Shown here: positions 26,701 to 45,917 of the stretch, one piece after another | Position numbering within the stretch: position 1 is the first letter of the stretch | Layout of the letters: every line of letters begins with the position of its first letter | NCBI GenBank assembly: GCA_040954595.2 | Contig: CM082577.2 | Location: 7,713,846 to 7,777,845 of the forward strand | DNA length: 64,000 bases | Origin: Balanoglossus misakiensis | Taxonomy: Eukaryota; Animalia; Hemichordata | Direction: 5' to 3' | Translations under genes and position numbers: made by a program | The notes under the pieces: generated by a model | The model's input: only the letters and a program-made list of their open reading frames with translations | The model's database searches: none | Told to the model about the DNA's origin: nothing

Positions 26701-28806
26701 ATGCTGTAATTGTTTTCACTGATATGTAACAGCTCGGCATTACTTTAAAGGATGATCATCAAGATGTTTGTCATATTATTTGTGTGTTTCTTTGTTCATC
26801 GCTCACCGACGCGCATATTTGGAAATGTTTCGCTAAGCTTGTGTATACGTGTTTGCAGATGAGTCCTACCTATATACGCGAGCTTCCCTTTTTGAGTTAG
26901 GTGGCTAATCATTAATACTGTAACTAGTTCCCGTGGGATGGTTGTTCCTTCCTAGTTTCTTAAACGTTAGCAATGCCGCCTGCGGGGATTATTTTTCAAA
27001 ACCTGCTTTTGTTGGTGATTATGTCAGTGCGTTAGCAGGACAAGTCTCTTAGGGGAACTTGACAGCTATACTGTAAACACTGGCCATGTATTGGAAAGTA
27101 TTTGGCAACGAAGTGAAAGTACAGACCCTAGCATGTACAAAATGCGATGTCCACGAACTGTTGTTGTGATGAAAACGACGAAGGTTGTTGGCGTGTACAT
27201 GGAAACTTAATAAGTTTACAGCTACAGAAGAAGGTCATGTTTTAATTGAAAATAGAAGTTTCATTCGTGGTCTGTGGCTGTGGTTTACGGGCAAATTTTG
27301 CACAAAGTAAACGCCATGTTTCCATTGCATAAAGCAGTGATTTGTGTGAGTGGTGTCTGACAGTGTATATTATAATTACTTGTACTTGTCAAAGGCTATC
27401 AACAGCTACCCAATGCTATGCTAATAGTGATCTGTCTCTCTATACATGCAAGCTTTGTGTTTTGTAATAAAGCAGCTATTGATATATTTTAAGGTTTATG
27501 TGATGAATCTCTTTTAAGACTTGCGCCAATGTTTGTTATTTTTCTAGCAAATCTGCGAGCGGTATCTTTAAAGACTAGTGCCTCTGTTTAGTTTCGTCTA
27601 ACAAATAATTGATTGAATCGTTTGCTAATCTCTATAGGTTATCAATAAATTTTTTGTTTTGTATACCAAGCTGTAGAAAGTCTCCTGCTCTTTTGAAATA
27701 TGATATTCTGGTGTTTTTTTGCAATTATCTGAAGCTTAAGCAAAAACATGTATATTTATGAAAACATGAGCATCACAATATCCTGAGATAAGGCGTCAAT
27801 AAGCGTATCCATGGATACCATGCATTCATCGACATCCAACAGTTCACGCAAAATGGAATTTCTCATAAAGCATGACATGAAATGTTGGGGATTTGATATC
27901 TGGAGGAGATAATAGTACGCAAGGTACTTATTTTGTCACTGTCATCTGAACGTGACGTTACTCTCGTGGATTATCCGGCGCTGTTTTTCCGTTATGAAAG
28001 CGTCAATCGACAGATTAGGCTATAGCTGGGGCAACAAGCAGGCACACAAAAAAACACTCCAATTTTCCCCAGTGGGATAATTGCAGTTCATCAGAACGTA
28101 TTTTCAGTTCTCAATAACGCTGACGATTGAAGAAGGATTGACATTCTCACAGATTAGATTGCAACACTGCAGAAGATGACCCCACGCTTTGGGTTGGGTA
28201 ATTGGAGTGCATGCACACAACGGAATCGATTGTGCCGCATACTTTTTAAGGCATTGTTGTATGATGGGTATTTTAATCGCGTTTTTAATATTTTCGCTTC
28301 TTTGAAATAAAAATAGTACGCGCGACCCCTTAACCAACCGGTTGCCTGTGAAGTAAAAAAATACAATTTCAACGTGAAGAAAGAACAGCATATGAATATT
28401 CTATATACGGCATTGTCGAATACTATTTGTTCGTTTGGTATTAACGTTTTATTTCAACTACATGTATACTGTACTTTAAATACATGTCATCACACCTTTT
28501 GTTTTCATGAAATATTTACAGAATTGATCGATAAGGAGATTTTCCACCGACACTGTAATTTCTCTCATAATTTTTTTTTAAAACTGTGACAAAATGATCA
28601 ATGGACAAAATATGTACACATTGCATACGGCAAGTGGCAAAGTCTCCCTTTGAATCGAAGTTCTGCCATGACAACCAGCCGATGCACCGGTTTTGAAACA
28701 CCATAGAAGTTTCAGCGGCGATCAGCCAAGGCTATATGCATGGTATAGAAACAAACTTGTCGACCGCACTCTACATGGTGACAGCCAGGTCTCCTGTGAA
28801 TTGCAA

Positions 28807-28833
28807 CATAGACCCTAGAGAAAGGGGTCTATG
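28807..28833. mobile_element. 27-bp CATAGAC...GTCTATG micro-element or excision footprint with 7-bp target-site duplication
   Basis: attgcaa|CATAGACCC tagagaaag GGGTCTATG|attgcaa: 9-bp inverted ends and an exact 7-bp flanking direct repeat (28800-28806, 28834-28840). Confidence 0.7.
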
Positions 28834-30427
28834 ATTGCAACAGACAATAACAGAAACGGGATTACCATGAGCAGGTCTGCTAAATATGATCGCATTTGCT
28901 TTATCTCCAGTAGTCGATCAAGTAGAAAACAATAAAATGAAAGAAATATTTTCCTCAGTTCGTGGTATATTCGCGTTACTTATCCAAGCCAGAAAGCTCC
29001 ATCGTCTCGCCCTTAACGGTTACTATGCCGTAGATACGATTATTATTGAAGAATGGCGTCATTTAATTTCCTTCAATTCCACTACTGACTCCAAAGCACA
29101 GATTCTTATATTGCAAGCCTATTATTATATTTTACTCTAAGACGTTTAACATTTAAGTCTTATAGACATATAAATTTAATATTATGAAATGTCTTCTTCG
29201 GGTACGGGTTCATCAAATCAGCAATAAAGGTCAATGGAGAGATAGTCTACGCGACTCCAATCCCTGAATTGACGTTCTAAAGTCTTCTGAACCAATGCAT
29301 GCTTCGGTGTATATGTATTTAATCTGACATACGGCAACATTTGACTGGCATACCAGTTTCCGAAATCTACGTAAATCAAAATTAAAAGACTGGGTTTTTT
29401 CGTGTTCTTTTTTGGAGCCTTGCGCCGAGGAATTCGCCTGCCATGCCCACTGCCAAGACAGCAATGCCGACGCCCCTCGCCAACTCTCTGTGCGTTGAAT
29501 TGCAGTTGTGGCGTTAAAAGGGGTACGTTTCTTCAATTAATTGGAATCGGGTAAGCTTACCCCCATCCACTCACGAAACGTGAGAAACTTAATCTACAAA
29601 AAATGAGACACAGACTCAGAGAAAGAATGGAACGACGAGTTTCCACCCACGCGGCGTCCCGAGCATGTAAAGTGGGATTCGACTGCAGTCTGATATTGCA
29701 GTCATCAGCCATTTTCTATGACTTAATACCCAGAATGATCTAATCCGATCAAATCCCCCCTTTCAAACCATAACGAAAGAAAAAAGCTTCGGGTATTTTT
29801 ATCACGACGTTAACGTGATCTGCAAAATGATATAGCTTGTATTAAATCTAACCGATACCCAGACTGTATGGGCATTATTGGTGTCGTTGTGTTGTTAAGT
29901 ACATATAATTTATATTGACATTTAATATTCGTTATTTATCTGTCATTAGTTGCAGGGAATGTGAAACCGCGTGCGATTATATTCTGTAAAGAAAGTCGCG
30001 ATCCCTCGGGAGCACGTGATGAAATCTCAAATACATGTACTATATTAAAACTTAGAGGGGGTATGCAGGGGCAATGGAGTAGCATGCACAGCGCTTTTAT
30101 GATTTATTCAAATGTTGAAATGGGAAAATGGGACATAAACATGGGGGAAATTAGTCATGTCATCATTACTGTCGTGCTGTGTAAGTAATCGAAGGTAATC
30201 GAGACGTATGTGGTGTTTTGTTGCTTTCAGTGCATACCCCCTGCGACTGTGTAATTGTGGTTCGCTTGTAGCAAAAGATTACAGTGAAAATCCGCCTGTG
30301 TGATATTTAGGTCTTTGGTATAAACAAAACATGTTTGCCCGATCGAGATGTTCGCAATTAAATAGCTGATGTTGCTCTACCATAGAAATTGATCAGAATG
30401 TGTTTCATACATAATATTCGACGACAC

Positions 30428-30511
30428 AGACAGACAGACAGGCAGACAGACAGGCAGGCAGACAGACAGACAGGCAGGCAGGCAGGCAGGCAGGCAGACA
30501 GACAGGCAGGC

Positions 30512-30548
<37 letters not shown>
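30428..30548. repeat. (GACA/GGCA)n microsatellite
   Basis: Mixed tetranucleotide run. Confidence 0.95.
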
Positions 30549-33500
30549 GTTAAAGCGTGATTGAATCAACACGTGGTCGTGGGAAGTTAACTGTTGTATT
30601 CATTAAAATAATGCTGGTGCTTATACAGGGTGTACACGTATTGAATCATTCTATTGAGATGTTTTTCTTTGCTGTATGATTTTTGTACAGAGACACTCAT
30701 GGGTCCTAATAGCTAACAGTGTAGGAGTGAAGATGTGACAATGTTTTTTTTTATGATTATACATCTTCCTGCTGTTGCTCACAGAGAACTGTATCAGAAG
30801 GTACGTGCCAAGCAAGTCGTCGTGACGTCAAAGCTGCACGTACGTGGGTCTCGTCGAGATGGCTTTTTCGAATCATTCACTCGTTTCACCGAAGGGTAGA
30901 AAAACAATGAGGCGTGATTACGTCCAAGACAGTCTTTTCAGACACGTGCTGGACGTCGTCTCTCAGAAGACCCGAGCCTGCATCCGCAAGGACGACTGCG
31001 GCGAGCCGAAGCCAACAAAGTGCATTTGTCTCTCCAGGCACGCCTTCTCTGCAGCGTACAGGTGAAATTAATGACATTCCCAATTTTCCAACAAAATGTC
31101 AAAGAATCCGCAGGATGTATAAGCGTATATACTGGGAAGGCAATCTCTGACCAGTGACGTCATTAATAATCGAGTTCACATGGCGACGACATGTCACGTT
31201 CGTCTGCTACCTGCAGGCAGAGCATTTTCTATGGAGGTTTGTCGACGTATCTAACAGTGCAATGACCAGTGTTTCTCGACTGTGTTAGTTATTATCTCGT
31301 CGGAAGGGTTGATATGCGACAAAAGTCGCCATTTTGAGGTGTCCCTCCCATTAAAAGGATGCCATTCTTCTCTGTTGAATCTACATCTTTTATCACAAGC
31401 GTCCTGGAGAAGTTAGATTACCAATTATACGAAATACACACCTGGGACTTCTCCACGGTAAAACTGATCCGTATAATTGCAAAGCCTGTAATCGATCCTG
31501 ACACCGAGCTAATGGCCCGCTCCGTGGAAAGACCGGGGATGGATTCTGACGTCACAAAACACCCCCTGATGGCCGACAGACTGTACTGACAATCACCGAT
31601 GACGACGTCGACAACTGCGAGAGGAAATCAGGTTTTTATTGAGACCGCAATCTAAACCGCTTATGGACAGATTGCCGTGACAAAGAGTATGGCACTTCGT
31701 GTATACATTTGACGGTTTGGATGAGCAAAGCATACGCATTCGGATTGACGCACAGCATAGAATCGCCATGTTATCTGAGTTCGTGCAGTTGCCCAATTTT
31801 CTCCGAAGTCGTCAGGTTTTGACGACAATAGCCGTGAGTCAGCGGATATTGTCGCAAACGTGAAGGATATGGCTGCTTGCGTCAACTGTACATACACATG
31901 TAATGAGAGCCCTGTGATGTGTAAATGTGCTTACAAACAAGCCATGCATTGTACAGACTGCGCTTGAAAGGAAGATTATAGACCAGCACTGCGTCATGGC
32001 AGCCCTACAGCGTGGGTGACTTCTGACTGACATGAAAAATGAGTAAATGTTTGCGGTAATTATCGGTGTCATTTTTTATTTCGTCTCACTGTAAGTGCGG
32101 ATATCTTGTCTAACCTGTCTGCGCGTTCTGTTAACTTTAATAGTTGACAGGTAACAAAACCCGGACTAACACGTATGCGGGCGTAGAGTCACGAAATAAT
32201 TGTTCTGTTATAACATGCAGCTGACAAGTGACATGAAAATAGGTGTAGTTCACAGCATGTGTAGAGAGAGAGAGAGTCTGGTGCCGTAATATGTTTATCG
32301 AATCGTGTTCCATTGATCCAGCTCGTCTTGCGGGAAAAACATCATGACTCAAACCGTCATCAAATGTTGATAATGGGAAACGAGCCATCTGCGCTTACTA
32401 CAGATACTAGAGAACATGCACTCTCATGTACTGTAAACAACCGCTCGAATATTTCCGAATTTCACTTTCCAGAGCCTTCAATTTAGTCAACATTTTATGG
32501 TCACTTTGTGATGAAAATAATTTTGCGATGAAATGAATCAAAGTCAATCTATAGTATCACGAGGAATTGACAATTTTTTTGCGGAATTCTACTTGAGATC
32601 ATAATTGACAGCCCCTTGGCACTCCAACGCAACCACCGCCATAATATAGTGAGTGACTTTCATCTCCAAAAAGTTTTCAAGGTATTGAAAGTTCATATAT
32701 GTCACATTATTATTCAATTCAGCGATGGATATTTCCACGAATGGGTTCCGTGCACCGTTCAAGGAGTCAGACTGCTACTGGATTTTCCCAGGTTTGGCAC
32801 GGCTGCTCTCAATCACAGTGAAACTTTGACATCTAGCAGGAAAAACACACGCCTGGCTCATCACTCACATTCAAAATCAATAACTCGGAACAACTTCTCT
32901 TGTTTGCTAATTATCCGTAACAGATGGTCACCTTTAATTGGCCATGACACGCGATAGACGTGCTATACCTCGTTGTATTGTCTCTCTTTGCGAAACTCAG
33001 AGTACGGATTGAATGATCCGTTAGGACGAGCGCTGCCTGGCTCTGTGATATCGCTTAATTGGATAGTATAGCAAATACTATACGGAGACTGGCATCGCCC
33101 ATATGATTAGAGTACCGTATACGCTTCTGTATATTGTCACGGGCACAATTGCAAGACATCACGCATGTCATGTCAGCACACTTGTAAAAGGCCAGGCTGA
33201 ACGCACTTTTCATCAGACATTCGTTTATTTCCCCCTTTTGATGTCTCTCCTAAGGGTTACTCGGTTTTAATATAGAACAGTGCGCGCATACGATGTGAGT
33301 GCAGACTGGCTTTTTGCAAAGATCCTTTCCGGCCCAAGTTTATTTGGTCGCTTGGAAGTGGCTAGACAGCCTGAGCGCTGAAAAAGCCTTCTCGGAGATA
33401 GACATGAATGCATTCATTGCCAGAAAGGCAACCATGATGGTAAAGGAGTTAATTGAAGGGAAAAAACTTGATGACTTGAGTTGCATATGTTGTTTACACC

Positions 33501-34582
33501 GTCACAACAACAGTGCTCGGATCTTGAAAGCATATCTCAGAGTTAAATCCCCGCAAGTCGGCAGAAGCACCAATTAGAATAATTGAGGATGGGGGGAAGT
33601 GCCTGGAAGGTTTTTTAGGAATATTCAATACACGGAATCTAATTTGGTAATTATGGGCGCGCGGTATCTATCATCCTTGAAAGCGCGGGCCTTTTCAACA
33701 ATTGTGTTTACTGCGACGCGGAACGGAACGTGAGCGGGTCGAGGACGATGAGAATTATAGGACATCTATAAATGGTGTTGTGCATCTTCAAGAGAATGTG
33801 AGATTATAACGGGCGTAAGACATGAAAATTGCTCATTTATTGCTGATACACGTCAACGGGACGACGCTCACGAACGCGGAAGCAGTGCTGACATTCGCAT
33901 CCGAATCAAACATGCCAGTCTTATTTCCGACGAAAAGGTTTTATACGAATTAAATCTGACGATAATCCGCGCGGAGCCCGCCAAGGTGTCTCTGACATAT
34001 ATAGATATTCATATGAATTCAAGTGGCTTCAGGATGCAGCTGAATAATATTCCCCTTCACGAGCTTGGGATGAGAGGAATTTTTCTGTCTTGCGTCATGT
34101 TTTGCCTGGTATACTTTCGCACGTCAGAAAGACACTCAACAGGATTGTGCTACACCCACATCCAACCGACCCCATCCATCCATCCATCCACCCAGTCAGT
34201 CACCCCCACCACCCATCTTACCAAACACCGACCCATCCGGCCATCTTCATATTTAACAAGAACAGGAAAATGGGAACTAACAGCAGAAATTTTAGTTGGA
34301 ACCAAACTTCGGGGAGCGCCATGATCTTTGATGAAACATCTGATTCTGTAATTTTGTCTGCTGACAATAAAATTTAGCATCCTAAAGAATCATTACGATA
34401 AGTTTCATCTACAATGTTTATCATCTGACATCACTTTCTATGTTACGCTGACGAAATCAACGTATTTAAAAAAAACGTGAACTCTTCAAACGAAGGAAAA
34501 GACGTTAGGAGTTGGAAATATTGAGCCGCGAATGCCGTAACGTGATGACAACCCTCTTTGTAGTGTTCGTATAATATTGGAA

Positions 34583-34720
34583 GTATGGCCGAGTGGTTTT
34601 GTCTGCAAACCGGTGGCTAGACGGCGGTACCGGAAACGAGCGAGTTCGAGCCATTAGAAAAGCGAAGAAAAAAATGTAGATTTGAATCTGACCTGCTTTT
34701 TAGCGCCACTCTGCAAATGA
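34583..34720 (+). mobile_element. tRNA-derived SINE-like head (Pol III A and B boxes)
   Basis: A-box TGGCCGAGTGG (34586-34596) and B-box GAGTTCGAGCC (34642-34652). I could not fold a convincing cloverleaf, so it is not called a tRNA; the 3' boundary is approximate. Confidence 0.45.
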
Positions 34721-35526
34721 GCTTTCTGAACACAGAAACGGCATTAAACCAGCTTCCAAATTAAATAAGTGCGTGAAAATGGCAACTTACAACTGCTCCG
34801 ATGATTGACATGGTCTCTTTGTGCTATTTGCAATTTACCCACACGATACATCAGAAACCAATTACGGGTGAGAACCAATGATTGAGTAAGTCACTGTCAT
34901 TATCATTAAGGCACTCCTATTTTGAGACAGTCCCTTTACAACTGGATATATTGACCGAAAGGATTCGCCGAGGCGATTCATGGAAGCGAAAATTGTTGGG
35001 AGCAAGTTAATAGCGCCCTCAGTGACGAAATCTTTTAATTTAGAGAAAATCCGTGTGCCAACCGTGTAGAGGGCACCTATCACGGAGAAAGTAAGCGAGT
35101 AAGATTTCATATCAGTTCTTCATAAATATTTTATTGACACCAACTCAGAAGTTAACCTTCCCCTTTATATACTATGATTTACAACACTCCTGATACATAA
35201 TATGAAACTGGATGACCTGCCCTGGGTTACACACACCACAGGGCGCATTTGGATGACCTGCCCGCGGTGTGATATACAAGCATTCCAACCTATGATGTCA
35301 TTCCTGTCCACAACCTGGCAGAGAACTTTTATGTTCTCTTCCAGTTCATGACTAGACAGACAGATCTTGCAGATTCTGAGAATGTACATTTCACTCATCC
35401 ATGATCTATTGCAACTGCATTGGTTAATTCAGCTTAAAGTCCCTTTACAAAATTCGCATTCACTGTGAGGCAAACACATACTGGGAAAATGGACACGCTC
35501 CTGACAATCAACGACTTTCCCGGTTT

Positions 35527-35599
35527 AACCATGGTTTGGTCCACACCCATTGTTTTCTATGAACTTGGACCTCCATAGAGGGAACTAGGGGTGAAAGGG
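35527..35599. mobile_element. Degenerate piggyBac-like MITE (copy 1)
   Basis: Right end GGGGTGAAAGGG|TTAA; internal ACCATGGTT..GTCCA.ACCCATTG.TTTCTATG..TTGGACCTC is shared with 39401-39486. Confidence 0.5.
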
Positions 35600-35857
35600 T
35601 TAAACCCATATGACATCACAGGTTATCAGGAGTCAGAGGTCAAATGTCATTCTTCGTCTGGACAGGTACTTATGTACCAGTGGTGAAAAATCAAACTATA
35701 TCCTATTTTATCCACTATGCCCCTGAATAAGTAAATAAATTATCTTACATGTAAGAAATTAAAATCAACCACAATTCGATATTCCTACTGTAAATTATTC
35801 TATACAAACTGATTACACAAATAGGAGTAAATGCTATCTGATTAAATGCAATATTAA

Positions 35858-36032
35858 AGGTATACGGTCACCTATGGAAAATTAGGTATAGTTACCATGG
35901 CAAATTGAGATCTTTCCAATCACAGGTTTTCAGTGGGTGGCACAAGAGCGCCGCCATATGTTCTTCAGAACGCCCAAATACGGCATTTCAGCCATATATG
36001 GGCGTATGTAAATTGGAGGTGACTGTATACCT
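35858..36032. mobile_element. Kolobok-like MITE, 175 bp, TTAA TSD
   Basis: TTAA|AGGTATACGGTCACCT ... AGGTGACTGTATACCT|TTAA: 16-bp TIR with one mismatch; probably lies in the SEC14L 3' UTR. Confidence 0.75.
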
Positions 36033-38132
36033 TTAAACTCGATTTTTTTTTCTTGACGGTTTAGATGCTAACGTGTCTGTTTATGGAAAACACTGCAAAC
36101 GATGGCACTTAATCTAAACTCTTATATTGCCGTGTTGCTGTATATATCACAAATGTAAAATTGAGAAATTAAATTTGACAAAATCAAACTGCTTTCACTT
36201 TCAACATTTCAATACGCTTGTATCTCATCTCACATCTTGCCAAACAAAACCACATTGAGACTACCAAATATATGAATATGTAAATCAGCATTTTTGCTTT
36301 TGAACCAATTCGGCTAATAGGAAAGCATTATACATTTGCTGGTTCCCTTGGACCAATCAGAGCATGATTGACATGAATGTATTCGCTATTACAGACAGGA
36401 GATCTCGATAACACATCTGCCATTTTTGATAACTTTGATTCGTACCGGGTGGCAGTGTTATACTTGCAATTCTATCACATAAATTTGCTTTGTACCTCAT
36501 ACTGGAAATCCAGAGCTAAATTACATAGTCAGTGATAGAAAAAATTAGGTAATCCAATGTAAGTTTACTTAACTAAATAATACTAAAGAAGTTAAATTTT
36601 CCCTACAAATTTTACAACTTACAACAACAACATACATCTTGAAGATTTCAAAGATGAACGTCATCAAATTCTCAAATGCAGTATTTTTGTTTTTCATTTA
36701 CACTACTGAATTTGTGAATCAAGCAAGATTTTGCAAGTAGGAATAAGTTACAGAATTTTGGGGTTTTACCCTTTTTTGTAATTCATCCAGATGAACTTAC
36801 TTTCCCCCAAAAAATTCATATATTCCTTCTTTGTAAACATTTTATTTACATGTCTCGTCTCTTGAGCTCTCACTTCTCATTTAAATATTTCAGACTGTGT
36901 ATTCACATCAATTGTATTTTTTTCTTCTAGGACCAGCCTTGATAACAGTTGCATATAAAGAACTGTCTATGTTGGTCTCTTCCAACCCCTATAAGATAAA
37001 TGGAACATTCCTCATCACTAACTTTTTATGGCCATGTGAAGAATGTGACAACATGATTGTTACATGAGCGCCATTTGCCAACAAAGTGGTCGGGCGCTAT
37101 TCTACTTTTGCCTAAACAATAAAATGTGATGGAGCTTTCATTTTTTTTCCATTCTTTTGTATTGCACACTAAAGTCCATGTCAAACAATAACAGGGTTTC
37201 TATGATGTTAGGTACACTGATATTAAACACTGACAGTGACACTGCGTCACAAAGATTATCCATAATCAATGTAAATAAAATAGCAGAAAAATGAGCATGG
37301 TAATGTTTGTAATAATAGCATCAACTTACACAGGTGAACCCCAGTAATTATCAATTCAAAATTACAGTATTCAAACTGCTATGACACATTAATGGTAGAA
37401 ATGGCGAAAAACTGAAGCAAAAGTTGACTCAGATGGCGTGATTCAAAAGACAGTCATGGCATATTTTCTCCCTGAGTCAGTGAACAGATTGTGATAAATC
37501 AATGATTACTTAGGGATTCAGACTCATATTTTCCTTTTCAATCTATCTTCCATGATATCCTTAGGATGTATTCTGTAAACAATATTCTACCAAAATTATT
37601 CATCCTATACTATATTATATACCATAAATTAACTGATCAACAATGACCCTGTAATTACATACCTGAAGTTACATCAAATAAAATTCATAATAGACAGATT
37701 TTTACCTGCAAGTAAAATGCATAATAAAAGGACTAAAACAAAAAATCCTGAACGAATTTATGGAAGAGTAAAATCAATTTGCATAATTAAATGTGAGAAT
37801 TTGAGCGTCGTAGAATGGTGTCTTGCACAAGAGGCATACTTTGGCAAGCATGGTCGCCTGGTACCATTTTTTCCCTCTTCTCTTCGCATGATACTGGCGC
37901 AAAAGAAGCCAACAAGCTGACATGGATCCTCCGTCATTGGTGCTGCTACCAGAAGCAAATACAGCCCAAATCCTGTAAATATTTTGTAAAAGCATGCCAA
38001 CCTCAATGCCATCGGCATTTGAGGCTGTCAGGTCAAAGTTCAAACGTTGTTGCAAAAAAGCTGGGTGTGGCAGGGACGGTCGGGATAGATATATCATCTG
38101 GGTCCGGCATCTGGCCTGGGTCGCCCGGCTAG

Positions 38133-45419
<7,287 letters not shown>

Positions 45420-45547
45420 CTTGTGTGTGTGTGATATATATTTCCAAATTCAAGGGGTCCGGCCGTCAGTCGGCGAAATTGGCCGAAATACCAAACTCAC
45501 TTTCCCCCTGACAGCATCATCATGGCGTCAAGCTTTTAACCTCACAA

Positions 45548-45561
45548 ACGCGCATGCGCGT
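45548..45561. promoter_or_regulatory. NRF1-type palindrome just upstream of SEC14L
   Basis: Perfect 14-bp palindrome ACGCGCATGCGCGT containing GCGCATGCGC, about 130 bp upstream of the ATG in a CpG-rich patch. Confidence 0.55.
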
Positions 45562-45782
45562 GTACACTCGCGCTCTTCGGCTCCCCTCAACCGAACCACG
45601 CACACACACATTTGATGTCCATCCGCCAAATAGTCCTCTTTCTGTGGTTTTAAAAAAAAATGCTTCGGTTCAGAATGATCTAAATCATACCCTATAACCT
45701 TGTTTTCGCCAAAGGTATAATCAGTCACTTTATTACGCCAAATGTACGGACAATATTTTATCAAACGCTGCTGTTTTATTAT

Positions 45783-45895
45783 ATTAGCATGGTCACTGTG
45801 ACCGTGACATTAGCTATGAGCTCGAGTGGCGTATAGCTGTATTTAATAGTACTAATATGACGACTGCCTATTCTCTGTCTGTCTGTCTGTCTGGC
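45783..45895 (+). mobile_element. Helentron/HINE-like 5' end (hairpin followed by GTCT microsatellite) heading the tandem array
   Basis: ATTAGCATGGTCACTGTGACCGTG hairpin, then (TCTG)n at ~45875-45892, directly followed by the ~530-bp array. Confidence 0.5.
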
Positions 45896-45917
45896 TCTTT
45901 TTTCTATTTTTTTTTTT

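Noticed and set aside
26200-27220. Short coding-like frames (e.g. RPRWNPDGYDRNYDYHYDLKL; GELDSYTVNTGHVLESIWQR)
   Set aside because: Interrupted by stops, no splice framework and no family I can name.
34583-34660. Possible tRNA gene
   Set aside because: A and B boxes are present, but I could not form acceptor and anticodon stems; treated as a SINE-like relic.
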